The notes beneath the pieces were generated by a model. It worked only from the letters and a program-made list of their open reading frames with translations. It made no database searches and had not been told where the DNA came from. Both the position numbers and the translations under genes were made by a program. DNA of 64,000 nt, taken from positions 22,688 to 86,687 of IMG/VR virus record IMGVR_UViG_3300031994_000058; one strand, 5' to 3'. Origin of the DNA: a virus (lineage: Duplodnaviria; Caudoviricetes). How positions within the stretch are numbered: position 1 is the stretch's first letter; every line of letters begins with the position of its first letter. Of this stretch, positions 46,419 to 56,913 are shown in pieces.

Positions 46419-46801
46419 CTCCTAGATAACAGTTTATTATTGAGAGAATCGAACAATGCAAAGCCGTCGAATGAGAATAGATACTTTGGCTCAGGATTCG
46501 GATCGAGATCGGTTGCCTCAATCTCAACACGGCTAAGACGCTCGCCCTCATACTCTACTCCGTTTACGAAATCCTTGAAGATCTCTTCGATTCGAGAGAG
46601 TGCTTTATCAGCGTAACTTTGGCCTTTCATATAAGCCAATAGTATCTTTTCCCATCGACTAAGTGGCGGTGCATTGTATTCGGTTCCATCAATAATGGCT
46701 CTGACTATCTTTTCGATTCTGGAGGATGGCGTATGGACATTTACAGTAAAGCCCATAAGATCTTTGAGCAATGCTTCAAGTCTACTAAGAGCATCATTCA
46801 T
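46415..46801 (-). CDS. Hypothetical protein with five SRxE repeats
   Basis: SRLE, SRIE, SRWE, SRIE, SRVE at about 21-22 aa spacing. Confidence 0.65.
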   Translation of the reverse strand: MNDALSRLEALLKDLMGFTVNVHTPSSRIEKIVRAIIDGTEYNAPPLSRWEKILLAYMKGQSYADKALSRIEEIFKDFVNGVEYEGERLSRVEIEATDLDPNPEPKYLFSFDGFALFDSLNNKLLSRR

Positions 46802-46827
46802 GTCTCTATCCTCCTATTTTGATTTTA

Positions 46828-47556
46828 TTACGTGCCAGAAAGCAGTGCCAGGACTTCATCGGGCAGAAGAACGTGTGGATCAGTTCCTGTGGAACCCTCT
46901 GTACCATCGCCATCTGTACCGAACAAAGCGTCCTTAATCTTCTTAAGCTTTGCACGACCGGTTGCATCTGCGAAAAGCGGACCGGTGGAATCGATCTTAA
47001 GAATAGCCGTATTCTTATAACCTTTAACCGGAACGGGTGTCGTTGTAAAGTCCCAAGACAGTTCCTGAGGCTCCGGACTATCATTGATTGTCTGATACTC
47101 ACGCTCGGACGGAGATGCCGTTGCGTTGTAAATGATATGGATAATGTAACCATAATCGTTACCTTCCAGATCATTACCCTTCTGAGTTACATAAGCCAGG
47201 CAGAACGGAACCCGAGTCTGCTGACCAATAGTAATGCCAGTTCTTGTTCCGCCGGCACCAACCATCAGATCTGCTGTACCATCGCAAGCATCAAACTCTG
47301 CGGGAGACTGATAAGCGGTAATAGAACCACCAAAGTCCTCAACACCGCGCAGAGCCAGGTACTTGATGTTATCAGCGTAGAAAGCTTCCTCATCCGCACC
47401 TTCTGGAGTCTCGGTTACAGAAATAAGGCCATTCCATGCGTAACCTCTATCCCAAGTAGCGTCAGCACCAGTACCGGTTCTCGGGTACAGAACACCCTGG
47501 CTAATACCAGTTTCATAAAAGTGCTCGCCACTCTTATCCCATTTTAAAGCTGCCAT
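46828..47556 (-). CDS. Major tail protein
   Basis: LKWDKSGEHFYETGISQGVLY...AWNGLISVTE...YADNIKYL. Confidence 0.9.
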   Translation of the reverse strand: MAALKWDKSGEHFYETGISQGVLYPRTGTGADATWDRGYAWNGLISVTETPEGADEEAFYADNIKYLALRGVEDFGGSITAYQSPAEFDACDGTADLMVGAGGTRTGITIGQQTRVPFCLAYVTQKGNDLEGNDYGYIIHIIYNATASPSEREYQTINDSPEPQELSWDFTTTPVPVKGYKNTAILKIDSTGPLFADATGRAKLKKIKDALFGTDGDGTEGSTGTDPHVLLPDEVLALLSGT

Positions 47557-47574
47557 ATGGTTTTCCTCCTTCGA

Positions 47575-47883
47575 TTAGTAGAATAGCGTATAGTTATAAT
47601 GATTGAGATTGTCTTTCGTGAAAAAGTTATTCAGAACGCAATGCTCAAATCTTTTCGGTAATTCTTCGATAATTGGATTGTCTGGATTTTTTGTAATGAG
47701 CGTAACATTATAGCGTCTTGTGAACAGATATACTTTATCATCAGCTCTATCTATTTTGGCTGTAGAGAGATTGTATATGATACAATCGAATTTGAGTTTC
47801 ACTGACTCAGGAGGCTGATAATAGCAATTCTTATTTCCAAGAAGAGATTCAAACTCTTTGTGCAGAGACAGTCTGCGGTCCAT
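47575..47883 (-). CDS. Tail terminator-like protein
   Basis: Start MDRRL; YYQPPESVKL...YNVTLITKNPD...DNLNHYNYTL. Confidence 0.7.
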   Translation of the reverse strand: MDRRLSLHKEFESLLGNKNCYYQPPESVKLKFDCIIYNLSTAKIDRADDKVYLFTRRYNVTLITKNPDNPIIEELPKRFEHCVLNNFFTKDNLNHYNYTLFY

Positions 47884-47978
47884 TCTACATCTACCTCCAT
47901 TCTTGTTCAGTGATTGAGAATACTTCTGATATAGCAGTCCTTCCAAACATGCAAAATATCAAAAAGCATGATCCGACT

Positions 47979-48305
47979 TTATTTATTATACAAATCGCCA
48001 ATGGATAGAACTAATCTCGGAAACTGTACCTCAACGTTTGACACTTCCCACAAAGTGCCGTTCCAATCCACATATCGAATCTTTTTGAAGTTGTCCGAGG
48101 CATATGGATCTGCAAGAATACTAATCCTAGTGGTGATAGAAATATCATCGTTTAGATTGCTGGTGTTCTTCCACCGACTAGAATAAGTCGACAGATGTTC
48201 ACCATAATATGCTCGCTCGACCCAGGTTTCCTCGAACACTCCAGGATGGTTTTCAGGATCTGTTTCAACAGTATCAAGAAAACCAATCTTTCCGTAGAAC
48301 TTCAC
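47979..48305 (-). CDS. Head closure / head-tail adaptor
   Basis: MKFYGKIGF...PGVF...ISILADPYA...VEVQFPRL. Confidence 0.75.
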   Translation of the reverse strand: MKFYGKIGFLDTVETDPENHPGVFEETWVERAYYGEHLSTYSSRWKNTSNLNDDISITTRISILADPYASDNFKKIRYVDWNGTLWEVSNVEVQFPRLVLSIGDLYNK

Positions 48306-48441
48306 CTGATAAACCTCCTATTTTGAATTAAAAAGTTAGGATGGCCCAAACCCAGCGTCGACTTAGTCTAGGCCACCCTTTCCACAAGAGAGGAAGCAAT
48401 TAGTCCTTCTCCCCAAGTGAACTTTTAGAGAGAAGCGTTAA

Positions 48442-50310
48442 TTAGCCCTGAGCCGGAACATACTCAAGCACGAGTGCGGACTTCGGCTTAACAAGGCAAC
48501 CAGAGCAACGAGTCTCCATCAGGTACTTCATCTGGTTGTAATCGATGTCGAAGTCATCAAAGGTATTGATCTCGCCACCCTTATCAGCGCCGACAACGTA
48601 GTCTGCCGGGTTTACAATGATACCAGCCAGAGTGCGAGTTACAGCAGAAGCGCCCTCACCAGTGGTTCTGGTAATGCCTGCCATGGGCTCAACAGTAACG
48701 ATCTTAGAAACGAGCAGTGCGGTTGCAAGCTCATCCTTAGTTCTGTAGAGTCTTCGGCCGATACCATCCTCAACGAGCAGCAGATCTGCCAGAGTATCCT
48801 CAGTAGTATAGAATGTCGGATTACCAGAACCCTTATAGTTCTTGCGTGCCTTGATTGCAGCCTTAACGAGAGCCTTGGCCTTAGCCTCCTCATCGTCATC
48901 GGCAGCAACCTCAACGTCGACCTTTACGGAGAACAGGTCGTCATCAGTGTAGATCGGACGAATGCAATCCTCGTTGATCTTGTCGTCTGCCTGGGTTACC
49001 GGATCACGACCATCACCCAGCAGAAATGCACGAGCGAGTTCCTCATTCAGCATGACTCTCATCTCACGGCGAACGTATGCTACTACATCGAAATCAGTTA
49101 CATCAATGATGTCATCACGATCGAACTTCTGCTTCTTGTAAACGGTGGTCGGAACGGTGATTCTCTTCAGGAGCTTGAATACTTCTTCGAGCTTCTTCTT
49201 ACCCTTCACGTAACCTCTTGCACGAGCCTCCTCGGCAGTAATGTCTGCAAAGATAGTCTTAATACGAGCGAACGGGCTACGCTTAACCGAATTCAGGAAC
49301 GCAGATACCCACTCCATATCTCTGGAGATAAGCTCGGGCTCCTTAGTCCAATTCTTAGCATCCGGGAACAGCCAGTCGATGTCCTTGATACCATAGGCGT
49401 CTGCATGAGCAAGAATAGTATCCTTCAGGCTCTGCTGCTTCTTGGAAGCCTCTGCAAAAATTGCGGAGGTCTCTGCTCTCAGTTCCTCGCCGTGCTTTAC
49501 AGCATTCTCATCAGAGGACTGAATGCCGGTGTAGGTTGCGGAATTGTCAAATACGTTGTGCTTCATTTCTTTTTCATCCTCCTTGGATTCGTTCGTTGCT
49601 TCGTTGTTAGATTTGTTATTACGCTTCATAGCCTCGCCGACCATAAAGTATACAACCATTTTCTGCTTCTCGGACATTGCGTCAAAGACATCCTTGATGG
49701 TTTCCTCGTCATTGTCAGCATGCTCGAGTTCGTCATCTTCGGTGTTCTCGGTCTCAGTCTCGGTTTCGGTTTCCTCAGGCTCTTCATCCTCATCTTCATT
49801 AGAAAGGAAGCAGCTACCATCGGCAGCGTGACACAGGAAATACGGAGTCTCGAAGTCGATGACCTCGTCATTGTATACGAATCCCTGCTCGCCATATGCT
49901 TCGCTACCATCAGAATGTGTGATGATGTTGTCGATATACGCGCCAGGATTTGCGCCATGCATTACAAGGCTTACCTCACGAATTACACCATGAACAACAT
50001 CAGGGCCATTCTGGGTAAGCTGATTAGCATAGATAGAAAGCGCATCAAGATCACCATGCTTAACCGCTTCTAGAGCAGCCTTGCCATTCTCGGAGTCATT
50101 GAGTGCGCAGTAAGCATATACGCCCTCTGCACGATTCTCAAGAAGTGCATGGCCGATTACGGATGCGGGAGAAGAATGATCATGCTGCCACATAAGCGGA
50201 ACAACATCGCAATCATTGTCCTTGAACGCATCGCGCTTAATTACGCGACCATCTGTGCACTTGAGATTGTTTCTAGTGGCCCAGCCACTAAAATCAAATC
50301 TTTCTGCCAT
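48442..50310 (-). CDS. Prohead protease fused to major capsid protein (HK97 fold)
   Basis: Start MAERFD; PLMWQHDH...IREVSLVMHGANPGA protease; acidic linker; FDDFDIDYNQMKYLMETRCSG capsid end. Confidence 0.92.
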   Translation of the reverse strand: MAERFDFSGWATRNNLKCTDGRVIKRDAFKDNDCDVVPLMWQHDHSSPASVIGHALLENRAEGVYAYCALNDSENGKAALEAVKHGDLDALSIYANQLTQNGPDVVHGVIREVSLVMHGANPGAYIDNIITHSDGSEAYGEQGFVYNDEVIDFETPYFLCHAADGSCFLSNEDEDEEPEETETETETENTEDDELEHADNDEETIKDVFDAMSEKQKMVVYFMVGEAMKRNNKSNNEATNESKEDEKEMKHNVFDNSATYTGIQSSDENAVKHGEELRAETSAIFAEASKKQQSLKDTILAHADAYGIKDIDWLFPDAKNWTKEPELISRDMEWVSAFLNSVKRSPFARIKTIFADITAEEARARGYVKGKKKLEEVFKLLKRITVPTTVYKKQKFDRDDIIDVTDFDVVAYVRREMRVMLNEELARAFLLGDGRDPVTQADDKINEDCIRPIYTDDDLFSVKVDVEVAADDDEEAKAKALVKAAIKARKNYKGSGNPTFYTTEDTLADLLLVEDGIGRRLYRTKDELATALLVSKIVTVEPMAGITRTTGEGASAVTRTLAGIIVNPADYVVGADKGGEINTFDDFDIDYNQMKYLMETRCSGCLVKPKSALVLEYVPAQG

Positions 50311-51577
50311 TTTGAATTTCCTCCTTGTTAGATAGTATATCGGAATAAGAATCATCAACAACTGGCGAATTATTTATTGGATTGCCATTATCGTCTGTCG
50401 CTTGGTTTAGATTCTTGTTTCTAAGTTCGTTTGCGGCCGGATCATCAACCGGTTTGTAGCCAACGATTGCTCTAACCTCATTAGAACTGAGAATCTCATT
50501 TCTAGTGAATTTATCAGCAATGTCAGCAACCTTCTCGACAGGAACGAGCTTAAACGGATCTCTAAAGAACCAGATTGATTCTCTTTGAGTAATAGCAGTT
50601 CTTGATAAAAACTTTCGTTTAAATTCGTCTGCGATTGCCGCGAGAATGGGCTCGACGGTTCGGCTATAGTAGTTTAGTAATTCCTGCTCTGATGCACTGC
50701 CATCAAGAATGGCTTGTGTGATGCCAAGCTGTGCATAAAGATCAGTCCGTAGATCCTGAACCTGTGTAGAAAGCTGATTTTCTACAGGTCTATTAAGCTG
50801 AATTACCTGCTCTGTACCATCCGTATAAGCAATGCCATATTCAGAACTCGTAAGCTGGGTCTCAATGTCTTTTCGACGTTGTTCCGCTTGTTGACGCCGA
50901 ACTTCGCCTTTAACGATATAGGGAAGCTGAATGATAAGATCGAGCTTGCGTCCGCTGTTTCTTTCATCCAGCATATCGATTAGATTGAGCTTTCGCATGA
51001 GTCTTTTTGCCGTTGAGTTAGGTTCATTCATGATTGAATAGAACGGATTCTCAATAATAGCAATGGTTCGCTTAGGACAAATGATCTCCTTATGCAGTCC
51101 ATCTCGTTCATCATACAAACGAACACGAACTCTGTCAGGATACCATTCCATAATCTTACCGACTCTCATTGACAAGATGTCATAAGATTCGGTAACATCT
51201 GGGTTTTTATCCGTTTCGGTTGGTACAACAGCTACTACTCCTTCATCAAACATCGATAGAACAAGGTCAAGAACGAATGCTCGACCAGTCTGATCGATAT
51301 TTGCTTCAACGGTCATACATCGATTGAGCTTGTCTTCAATAGTTGTGACGTATTTACCATTAGCGTCGAGCTTTGCATGGAGTAGATTAATCTGGGCGAC
51401 ATCATTCGCAATTCGATTGTAAATTGCGTTGACGATTGAACGCTCATTTCCTCTACTCAGCACGGCTTTATCGGGTCTTGATCCATATGACGCATAGAAA
51501 GGATACTGTTTTTCTTTCGTCGGATCTCGCCCGATAAAGGCGTTCCAACCATTTTGAAATCTTGTAAATAATGACAT
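50294..51577 (-). CDS. Portal protein
   Basis: IYNRIANDVA, LDLIIQLPY, GIAYTDGTE, EILSSNEVRAIVG; between TerL and capsid. Confidence 0.9.
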   Translation of the reverse strand: MSLFTRFQNGWNAFIGRDPTKEKQYPFYASYGSRPDKAVLSRGNERSIVNAIYNRIANDVAQINLLHAKLDANGKYVTTIEDKLNRCMTVEANIDQTGRAFVLDLVLSMFDEGVVAVVPTETDKNPDVTESYDILSMRVGKIMEWYPDRVRVRLYDERDGLHKEIICPKRTIAIIENPFYSIMNEPNSTAKRLMRKLNLIDMLDERNSGRKLDLIIQLPYIVKGEVRRQQAEQRRKDIETQLTSSEYGIAYTDGTEQVIQLNRPVENQLSTQVQDLRTDLYAQLGITQAILDGSASEQELLNYYSRTVEPILAAIADEFKRKFLSRTAITQRESIWFFRDPFKLVPVEKVADIADKFTRNEILSSNEVRAIVGYKPVDDPAANELRNKNLNQATDDNGNPINNSPVVDDSYSDILSNKEEIQNGRKI

Positions 51578-51592
51578 TGGTTTGGCTCCTTA

Positions 51593-52306
51593 TTAGGATT
51601 GAAAAGCGAAGTGTTTTACAATAGGACTGATCTCTCGTTTCTGCTTAATGTCCTTCAAATCTTCAATAGACTTCGTTGCATATCCGAAATTATCAAAAAC
51701 ATCAGATTCGACAATCTTGTCCATTAATGAGTCATCCATCTTGACACGATCATCGGCAATAAGCTGCGCAAGATTGAAAGCATCATTTTCATTAAGAAGA
51801 ATTCTGTTTCGATTCTTCTCGCTGAGTTTGGTGTTTATCTCAGACAAGACTAGCGAAGCGAGAACTCGACTTTCGAGTGTTGGTATAAATGACACAACAG
51901 GCATCATAAGCTTTGTGGCCTTAAGATAGTCATCGGCTCTTTTTTGTCGATTATGCTCCTCAGATAAAGCTCGTACATAAGCCTTTCCAGAATCAACACT
52001 CTTTACGATTCGTTCCAGACCCTTCTCGCCATATTTATTGACAAGATCTTTGTACGTTTGCTCGTCATCAAATCGGGATCGAAGTTCGGTCAATCGCTCT
52101 ACTTTTTTCAAAGTCTTCTTCTGGGATCTTGTAAGCTCTCCGTGAATCTCATCTTTTACTCGACGTTTGCCGGGATGTCTAGGTTCTCCAGAATATCCAT
52201 AATGTTCTCTTCCTTCAGGAGTGAGGGAGCCATCTTTGTTCTGATAACGACGTTCTCCCCACTTCTGTCCGAGGATGCCATGATGCATAAGAAAATCTTC
52301 TGTCAT
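51593..52306 (-). CDS. HHG..WG-leader protein
   Basis: LMHHGILGQKWGERRYQNKDGSLTPEGR. Confidence 0.8.
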   Translation of the reverse strand: MTEDFLMHHGILGQKWGERRYQNKDGSLTPEGREHYGYSGEPRHPGKRRVKDEIHGELTRSQKKTLKKVERLTELRSRFDDEQTYKDLVNKYGEKGLERIVKSVDSGKAYVRALSEEHNRQKRADDYLKATKLMMPVVSFIPTLESRVLASLVLSEINTKLSEKNRNRILLNENDAFNLAQLIADDRVKMDDSLMDKIVESDVFDNFGYATKSIEDLKDIKQKREISPIVKHFAFQS

Positions 52307-52313
52307 ACCAGTA

Positions 52314-52991
52314 TCACCCCACTCCGAAGAAATCTTTGACGAATTGAACACCTTGAGAAACTGCAGGTTTAATCTTCTTAGAATTAGCTTTCATAGAAGA
52401 CGCCGTATACTCAACATATCCGTCAATGAACTTTCGAGCCTTCTTCGCGGCTGACACGTTCTGTTCCGCTTTAGATGCTGCTAAAGAATCCAGATAGGGC
52501 TTCTTTCTTTTGTACGTATCAGCACGTTTTTTAGCAGCTTCGAGTTTGGCTTTTTCATTTGCTACATAATCGACATTCGCGATATTGTAATTGACTCTGC
52601 CATAACGTTTTCTGGCTGCATCAAGTTTAGCTTTTTCGTTTTCGGCGTAGGCATTTGCAGTATTTCCTTGGACACCGCGTCGATGCTTTTCCGCTGAAGA
52701 TGTCCATTTCCAAACGCCTTTATTCTCGTCATATGAGAAGCCAGCGGCGTTCCATTCTCGCTCTTCTTTATCGTTCTTCGGGTACACACCTTGAGGGAGG
52801 TAGGTATAAGAGCCAGATTTTTGTGCATCTTTTACATACTCTTTAAGACTGTCAGGTATCGTGTTTCCTGTAGTAACGTTCTTCCACCGCTCTTTATTTT
52901 CCCGATAGTATTTTGCATTATACTCTTTCTCGCGTTTCTTCTGTTCTGGAGATTTTCCCCAAGAATGTGCGAGTTCTTCCAAAAAATCCAT
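52314..52991 (-). CDS. HSWGK-leader protein
   Basis: LAHSWGKSPEQKKREKEYNAKYY; paralog of 61136..61705. Confidence 0.8.
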   Translation of the reverse strand: MDFLEELAHSWGKSPEQKKREKEYNAKYYRENKERWKNVTTGNTIPDSLKEYVKDAQKSGSYTYLPQGVYPKNDKEEREWNAAGFSYDENKGVWKWTSSAEKHRRGVQGNTANAYAENEKAKLDAARKRYGRVNYNIANVDYVANEKAKLEAAKKRADTYKRKKPYLDSLAASKAEQNVSAAKKARKFIDGYVEYTASSMKANSKKIKPAVSQGVQFVKDFFGVG

Positions 52992-53005
52992 AATTTCACC
53001 TGCCT

Positions 53006-54751
53006 TTAATAGAACAAATCCTTGTTGTTTTTCCAAGCGACATAAGCATCCATCATGGCGGACACATTATCGATTTTTTGGTCGCTTCGTTTCTTCAGAA
53101 GTTTGCGATTTCCATTTGTGTCTTCAAGTGTGATACAGTTACCCATACAAAACTTCATAATCTCTTGGTCGAATCTAAGCATTCGATCTTCCGATAGAAT
53201 CTTAAGTTCTCCAAGGGGCACTGTTTCTGTTCGTGCACCCTGTGCCACTTTCTCGACACCAAACGGTGTATTTTCCGTAGACCAACGTGTAATGAATTCT
53301 TTTGCGTTGTATGGGTCATAACCCACAGACACAACATCATAAGAGTTTGCCTGTATATACGCATCGAGTTCATCATATACTTGATTCATGTCTAAAACGG
53401 AGCCGTCCATAATAATAAGACTGCCTTCATTTATGAACATCTCATACGTCGATCGCATCGCAAGCGGAAGATTGCACAACGTTCTCTCTGTAATGTAACT
53501 CCTCGCTTTTACGCCGAAAGAACCATCGCGTAATGGAAAGAGAAATGTGAATGCACAGAAGTCATCACCTTGAGACAGGTCACATCCCATCGAGCAAGCC
53601 ATGGACCAGTAGTCTCGATGCTCGTGCGGTATGGTTTCGTCATAGGTAAAGTAATACGTATAGCCTTCCATAGGAATGCCAAAACGCTTTGCCAGAATAT
53701 CATTTCTGGTTGCAGGAGCTTTCTCAGCACGTTCTTTATCGAGCTGATATGTCTCGTAACTAACTGTCTTACCAAGATTCGGATTTGCTTTAATCCACAT
53801 ATTAGGATCCGCAACTTCCTTAATGTCATCGAGTCGATACCACCAAATAGAAATGTGAGGGTTGATGTAATCGCCCTTCAGAATGTCCATCAATTCCATT
53901 TTGATTGTATCACCACTGCCGTTTCTGACTGTACCTTCGGATGAAATCGCGACAATGAGATAATCGTCAAGTTTTGACGCGCCCTGCTCGATTGCACCAA
54001 CAACATCCTCTCGTACGTCTCCAGAAAGCCACTCGTCGATCGTTGCGATTTTACAACGGAGACCCTGTAGCTTATCTACAGACATCGGTCGAATTTCCAA
54101 TAGACTTGATGTCAAGAAATTCTCAATACCCTTTTTTGTCGCCGATAATTTACACCGATTCATCTTAGAGCCTGTGGTGTTTTGAATCGAACCCTCTGTT
54201 AAAAATTTGAATAGTGGTCCTCGTGCTCTTGCGATGGATGTACGTATCGGCGACATAACCTCTTCCGCCTGATGCATTGTTGGGGCGGTTGTTACCTGAT
54301 GTGTGGTGAACGGATCTATGTTCAGAAAATAATTCTGAATGCAAGATGCATACATAGACTTCGCCGCGCCTCGAGCTACGATAAGATACTGTTTGTTGGT
54401 GAGCCGCTTTTTAATACGCTTCATTTCGTAATGACCGCCGTACCCATCCTTATCAGGGACGAATACTGAGCGATCAACGAAGTAATACCAACCAAATATC
54501 TGTTCTGCCCATAGCTTAAAACTATCGAGCAGGTGTAGCTCGGTACCATCAGTAAGGGTAAGCTCATTTTCACAATAGGCAATAAACCCATTGATAGCTT
54601 CGTCATCATAGTAGATGTTTGGGTTCGCAATGAGATCGTCAATGCGATTCATCTCCATTGAGATCTCTTGATTTACTGGTATTTTTCTTTGCAAAACTGC
54701 TTCTCGAAATTGCCCGTAATAGATTGGAACCGCAGTATTTGATAAACTCAT
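53006..54751 (-). CDS. terL: Terminase large subunit
   Basis: Walker A-like LIVARGAAKS, Walker B ATIDEW, nuclease GCDLSQGDDF, KIDNVSAMMDA. Confidence 0.95.
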   Translation of the reverse strand: MSLSNTAVPIYYGQFREAVLQRKIPVNQEISMEMNRIDDLIANPNIYYDDEAINGFIAYCENELTLTDGTELHLLDSFKLWAEQIFGWYYFVDRSVFVPDKDGYGGHYEMKRIKKRLTNKQYLIVARGAAKSMYASCIQNYFLNIDPFTTHQVTTAPTMHQAEEVMSPIRTSIARARGPLFKFLTEGSIQNTTGSKMNRCKLSATKKGIENFLTSSLLEIRPMSVDKLQGLRCKIATIDEWLSGDVREDVVGAIEQGASKLDDYLIVAISSEGTVRNGSGDTIKMELMDILKGDYINPHISIWWYRLDDIKEVADPNMWIKANPNLGKTVSYETYQLDKERAEKAPATRNDILAKRFGIPMEGYTYYFTYDETIPHEHRDYWSMACSMGCDLSQGDDFCAFTFLFPLRDGSFGVKARSYITERTLCNLPLAMRSTYEMFINEGSLIIMDGSVLDMNQVYDELDAYIQANSYDVVSVGYDPYNAKEFITRWSTENTPFGVEKVAQGARTETVPLGELKILSEDRMLRFDQEIMKFCMGNCITLEDTNGNRKLLKKRSDQKIDNVSAMMDAYVAWKNNKDLFY

Positions 54752-54775
54752 TACTAATTGCTTCTTTCTTTTTTA

Positions 54776-55864
54776 TTACGACTTGGTTTTATTGTACAGT
54801 TCCTCTATCTGATCGTCCTCTAGATCATATCCTTCACAAAGTTTCTTAAACTCTTTAAGACTAAGATTCTTTGTCTTCTGGACCTTAAGCCTGTTATCGG
54901 GATCGATAACGCCAAGAGGCATGCCATCACTAAGAAGCTTTTCCATCATAAGATCTACTGGGTTTGCATCAACGCCGGCTCGAGTATTCTTTATGTGCAG
55001 CTTCTTAGCTTTAGCGGCTCGTTCTTCAGGAGTTGTGAATGTACCGACAGCTTCATTCGTAACAGCTCCGATTTGCTCATATGCCTTCCAACCAGCAAGA
55101 GCCAGACCGCCAACGCCAGCAACGATTTTGGTAGCAGTGCCAAGATTTTCGATGATCTGTTCTGTTTTGGTCTTACCATCTTTTTCGGATTTCTGAGCAG
55201 CGGTCTTCTTGTCAGGGTCTATTTTGCTCAAAGTATCAATTCTGGAGAAAGCACTCTTAAGCTCTTCATCGGTAAACAGGTGCCTATTATCATAAATTTC
55301 TTTTGGATCCGCCTTGGCAAGTATCGCAGCTTTCTTCTTTTCCTTAGCACTCTCTTTGACTCCAAACAATCTATCCATAAGAGATTTCTTTTCAGCCGGG
55401 GCTTCCTGTACAGGCTGCGCGCCCTGTTTGTTCTGATTGCCTTGAACCGTCTGCCGATTTTGCATAGGAGGATTGATCTTCTCAATCTTATCGATGCGCT
55501 TTATCGCTTCGTCAAGCTCGTCATTTGTAAACAGTTGTCGATTATTATAAACCCCATTTCTGTCACCAGTTTCGATGAGCCTTTTCTTAGTCGCTTCGAT
55601 TTCATCCGCCTGTGCTTTTTTCTTAAGCTCGATTTTCTTAAGCTTCTTTGCTTTCTTTAAAGCCAATCTTTCAGCTCTCTCTTCTTTTGTTTCCAATCGA
55701 AAAGATTTGCGTTTCTCTCTAGGAGGACCGATTCCCCAATGACGGCGTCCTTCAGGAGTTAAGGAACCATCTTTATTCTGGTATCTACGCTCTCCCCACT
55801 TCATGCCGAGGGTTCCGTAGTGCTTAAGGAACGTTGTATCAAGCTTTTGATTCTCTGTCTCCAT
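54776..55864 (-). CDS. HHG..WG-leader protein with internal repeat
   Basis: LKHYGTLGMKWGERRYQNKDGSLTPEGR; repeats RQLFTNDELDEAIKRI / RHLFTDEELKSAFSRI. Confidence 0.8.
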   Translation of the reverse strand: METENQKLDTTFLKHYGTLGMKWGERRYQNKDGSLTPEGRRHWGIGPPREKRKSFRLETKEERAERLALKKAKKLKKIELKKKAQADEIEATKKRLIETGDRNGVYNNRQLFTNDELDEAIKRIDKIEKINPPMQNRQTVQGNQNKQGAQPVQEAPAEKKSLMDRLFGVKESAKEKKKAAILAKADPKEIYDNRHLFTDEELKSAFSRIDTLSKIDPDKKTAAQKSEKDGKTKTEQIIENLGTATKIVAGVGGLALAGWKAYEQIGAVTNEAVGTFTTPEERAAKAKKLHIKNTRAGVDANPVDLMMEKLLSDGMPLGVIDPDNRLKVQKTKNLSLKEFKKLCEGYDLEDDQIEELYNKTKS

Positions 55865-56267
55865 TCATCTTCACCTCCTCTTTGGAGTCCGTGCTACCAT
55901 TTTGAATTTCTTCGTTCATACTGTTTAAAGCCTTATCCACAAATTTTGGAATAGGAACTCCTAATTTTTTAAGATTCTCACAGATACTTACGATTTCCAT
56001 AAGAATGATGTATAAAGAGAATGCTGACAGAATATAGAATGGAAAGTTCATTCCCGCGGTAAAAAGCTGGCCAATGAACAAAATCATTATTTCTCCAAAT
56101 TTTCTGCCGAGGCCCTCTCTCATTTTATAAGACTTAAGATGCCCACTTGCCCATGCATGGATCACGCCTGTTAGTACATCAATACCCATTAAAGTTACAG
56201 GAATAAGCATGATCCAACCACCATCATGAAAACTTACATCTACGAAAATGTTAGTGATCTCGTTCAT
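55839..56267 (-). CDS. Holin (toxin secretion/phage lysis family 4)
   Basis: IDVLTGVIHAW...KSYKMREGLGRK...MEIVSICENLKKLGVPIP. Confidence 0.9.
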   Translation of the reverse strand: MNEITNIFVDVSFHDGGWIMLIPVTLMGIDVLTGVIHAWASGHLKSYKMREGLGRKFGEIMILFIGQLFTAGMNFPFYILSAFSLYIILMEIVSICENLKKLGVPIPKFVDKALNSMNEEIQNGSTDSKEEVKMNGDRESKA

Positions 56268-56338
56268 TGGTCCTCTCCTTATAAGAAGTATAAGAGCCCG
56301 CCCCGATTATTACCGAGACAGGCTCTTACAATCATTGC

Positions 56339-56896
56339 TTATTCGCCTTTCATGGAATCGATAACTCGAATGAACTGATTAAGTCTATCACGCTCGTAGT
56401 TAGACTGAGCGCTGTCCATCATCTGTTCGATCTTATCGATTACTCTATCCTCAATACTATGGCCACTCATACCGCTATCATAAGCGAACGAACCATGCAT
56501 ACGACGGCCGGACGTTCTCATGTCATCATGGTAATCATCATGACCGTATGAATATCTTCGACCATCTCGACTGACGTATCTGCCAGTTGCTGCGTCTCGA
56601 CCACGGGCATAAGAATGCATCCTTCCAGAATATCCGTCATACATCATGGGTTCATCCCATCCATAAGAATACTCATGATTAGGATAATACATCCGAGGCA
56701 TACCTTCAGAAGTTTCATACTTATACTCTGCTTTTCCGCCGCGCATTACATCGTCGATCTTCTCAATAAGGCATACCGCATTCTTAGCATTCTCAATCTC
56801 CACAGGAGAAAGAGAAGGCTTGGAAGCAACAAGCTGCTCAATATCTTTTTCGACATGCTCACGGAGATTCATGAGTGTCTTGTTCTCCATTTCCAT
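56339..56896 (-). CDS. Accessory-module protein with Tyr/Gly/Arg low-complexity region
   Basis: YSGR/YSYG repeats, ARGRDAATGRYVSRD. Confidence 0.7.
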   Translation of the reverse strand: MEMENKTLMNLREHVEKDIEQLVASKPSLSPVEIENAKNAVCLIEKIDDVMRGGKAEYKYETSEGMPRMYYPNHEYSYGWDEPMMYDGYSGRMHSYARGRDAATGRYVSRDGRRYSYGHDDYHDDMRTSGRRMHGSFAYDSGMSGHSIEDRVIDKIEQMMDSAQSNYERDRLNQFIRVIDSMKGE

Positions 56897-56913
56897 TTTG
56901 AATTCCTCCTGTG

